Source: the human T2T-CHM13v2.0 reference genome, Homo sapiens
DNA length: 64,000 bases
Assembly: GCF_009914755.1 (NCBI RefSeq)
Contig: NC_060929.1
Direction: 5' to 3' (one strand)
Part shown: one piece after another, positions 62,701-64,000 of the stretch
How positions within the stretch are numbered: the first letter of the stretch is position 1
Layout: each line of letters opens with the position of its first letter
Made by a program: the position numbers and the translations under genes
Notes under the pieces: model-generated
Database searches by the model: none
What the model saw: only the letters and a program-made list of their open reading frames with translations
Told to the model about the DNA's origin: nothing

Positions 62701-64000
62701 CTTTGGCGCCTTAATTTGAAACGGGGTTTCTCCATATAATGCTAGACAGAAGAATTCTCAGTAACTTGTTTGTGTTGTGTGTGTTCAACTCACAGAGTTG
62801 AACCTTCCTTTAGACAGAGCAGATTTGAAACACTCTTTTTGTGGAATTTGCAAGTGGAGATTTCAAGCGCTTTGAGGCCAAAGGCAGAAAAGGAAATATC
62901 TTCGTATAAAAACTAGATAGATCATTCTCAGAAACTGCTTTGTGATGTGTGCGTTCAACTCACAGAGTTTCACTTATCTTTTCGTACAGCAGCTTGGAAA
63001 CACTCTGTTTGTAATGTCTGCAAGTGGATATTTTGACCTCTTTGAGGTCTTCGTTGGAAACGGGTTTTATTCATGTAAGGCTAGACAGAAGAATTCTCAG
63101 TAACTTCTTTGTATTGTGTGTATTCCACTGACAGAGTTGACCCTTCCTTTAGACAGAGCACATTTGAACCACTCTTTTTGTGGAATTTGCAAGTGGAGAT
63201 TTCAGACGCATTGAGGTCAATGGTAGAAAAGGAAATATCTTCGTATAAAAACTAGACAGAATGATTCTCAGAACCTGCTTCGTGATGTGTGTGTTCAGTT
63301 CAAAGAGTTTTACCTTTCTTTTCATAGAGCAGTTAGGAAACACTCTGTTTGAACAGTCTGAAAGTGGATATTCCGATCTCTTTGAGGCCTTTGTTGGAAA
63401 AGGGATTTCTTCATATAATGCTAGACAGAGGAATTCTCAGTAACTTCTCTGTGTTGTGTGTATTCAAATCACAGAGTTGAACGTTCCTTTAGACAGAGCA
63501 GACTTGAAACACTCTTTTTGTGGAATTTGCAATAGGAAATTTCAAGCACTTTGAGGCCAAAGGCAGAAGAGGAAATATCTTCGTATAAAAGCAAGTCAGA
63601 ATCATTCTCAGAAACTGCTTAATCATGTGTGCGTTCGACTCACGGAGTTTAACCTACCTTTTCATACAGCAGTTTGGAAACACTCTGTTTGTAAAGTCTG
63701 CACGTGGATATTTGGACATCTTTGAGGCCTTTGTTGGAAACGGGTTTTATTCATGTAAGGCTAGACAGAAGATTTCTCAGTAACTTCTTTGTGTTGTGTG
63801 TATTCAACTGACAGAGTTGACCCTTCTTTTAGGTAGAGCAGATTTGAGACACTCTTTTTGTGGAATTTGCAAGTGGAGATTTCAGACGCTTTGAGGTCAA
63901 TGGTAGAAAAGGACATTTCTTCGTATAAAAACTTGACAGAATGATTCTCAGAAACTGCTTTGTGATGTATGCGTTCAATTCAAAGAGTTCTACCTTTCTT
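53702..64000 (+). repeat. 16-mer (2720 bp) HOR array, right block
   Basis: Resumes mid-unit at TTCGAATAAAAAGTAGAC (HOR position ~2058), with unit starts at 54387, 57107, 59827 and 62547. Confidence 0.95.

Larger units (their letters stand above)
1..64000 (+). repeat. Centromeric alpha satellite array, SF1 dimeric (J1/J2) type, single orientation
   Basis: Continuous ~170 bp monomers with alphoid hallmarks (CATTCTCAGAAACT, TTCAACTCACAGAGTT, GAAACACTCT, TGCAAGTGGA). A-box and CENP-B-box monomers strictly alternate with ~340 bp period, and EcoRI sites recur at ~340 bp spacing (206, 545, 1565, 1905, 2586). Confidence 0.98.

Noticed and set aside
5-63443. About 170 short ORFs (60-123 aa) on both strands
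   Set aside because: They recur with the satellite period, are translations of alphoid monomers and resemble no real protein family. Longer ones arise from chance stop loss or frameshifts. They were used only as variant markers.
1-64000. CRISPR-like or other prokaryotic repeat-spacer system
   Set aside because: There are no unique spacers, leader or cas-like ORFs; the whole unit is repeated, and it is recognisable alpha satellite.

Overview
The whole window is head-to-tail primate (human-type) centromeric alpha satellite in one orientation. Monomers are ~171 bp, arranged as a ~340 bp A/B dimer typical of suprachromosomal family 1 (J1/J2). I see no genes, RNA genes, CRISPR arrays or transposons; the ORF track is a by-product of the repeat. 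Most of the window (1-43.2 kb and 53.7-64 kb) is a very homogeneous 2720 bp 16-mer higher-order repeat (HOR) with only 3 of 8 CENP-B boxes intact, plausibly the inactive chr5p-type S1C5pH2 array (from memory, not searched). The main surprise is a 10.53 kb, 62-monomer island (~43207-53701) of a different SF1 family resembling the live D1Z7/D5Z2/D19Z3 array. The island is spliced in-frame into the 16-mer through homologous junctions of ~104 bp and 22 bp. It has 24 of 31 CENP-B boxes intact, is built from 16/8/12/10/12-mer variants, and decays from its right end towards its left. Other structure includes two 14-mer deletion variants sharing one 37 bp breakpoint, locally hyper-diverged HOR copies with parallel substitutions, 5.44 kb and 13.6 kb super-repeats, and fossil tetramer and dimer duplications inside the 16-mer.
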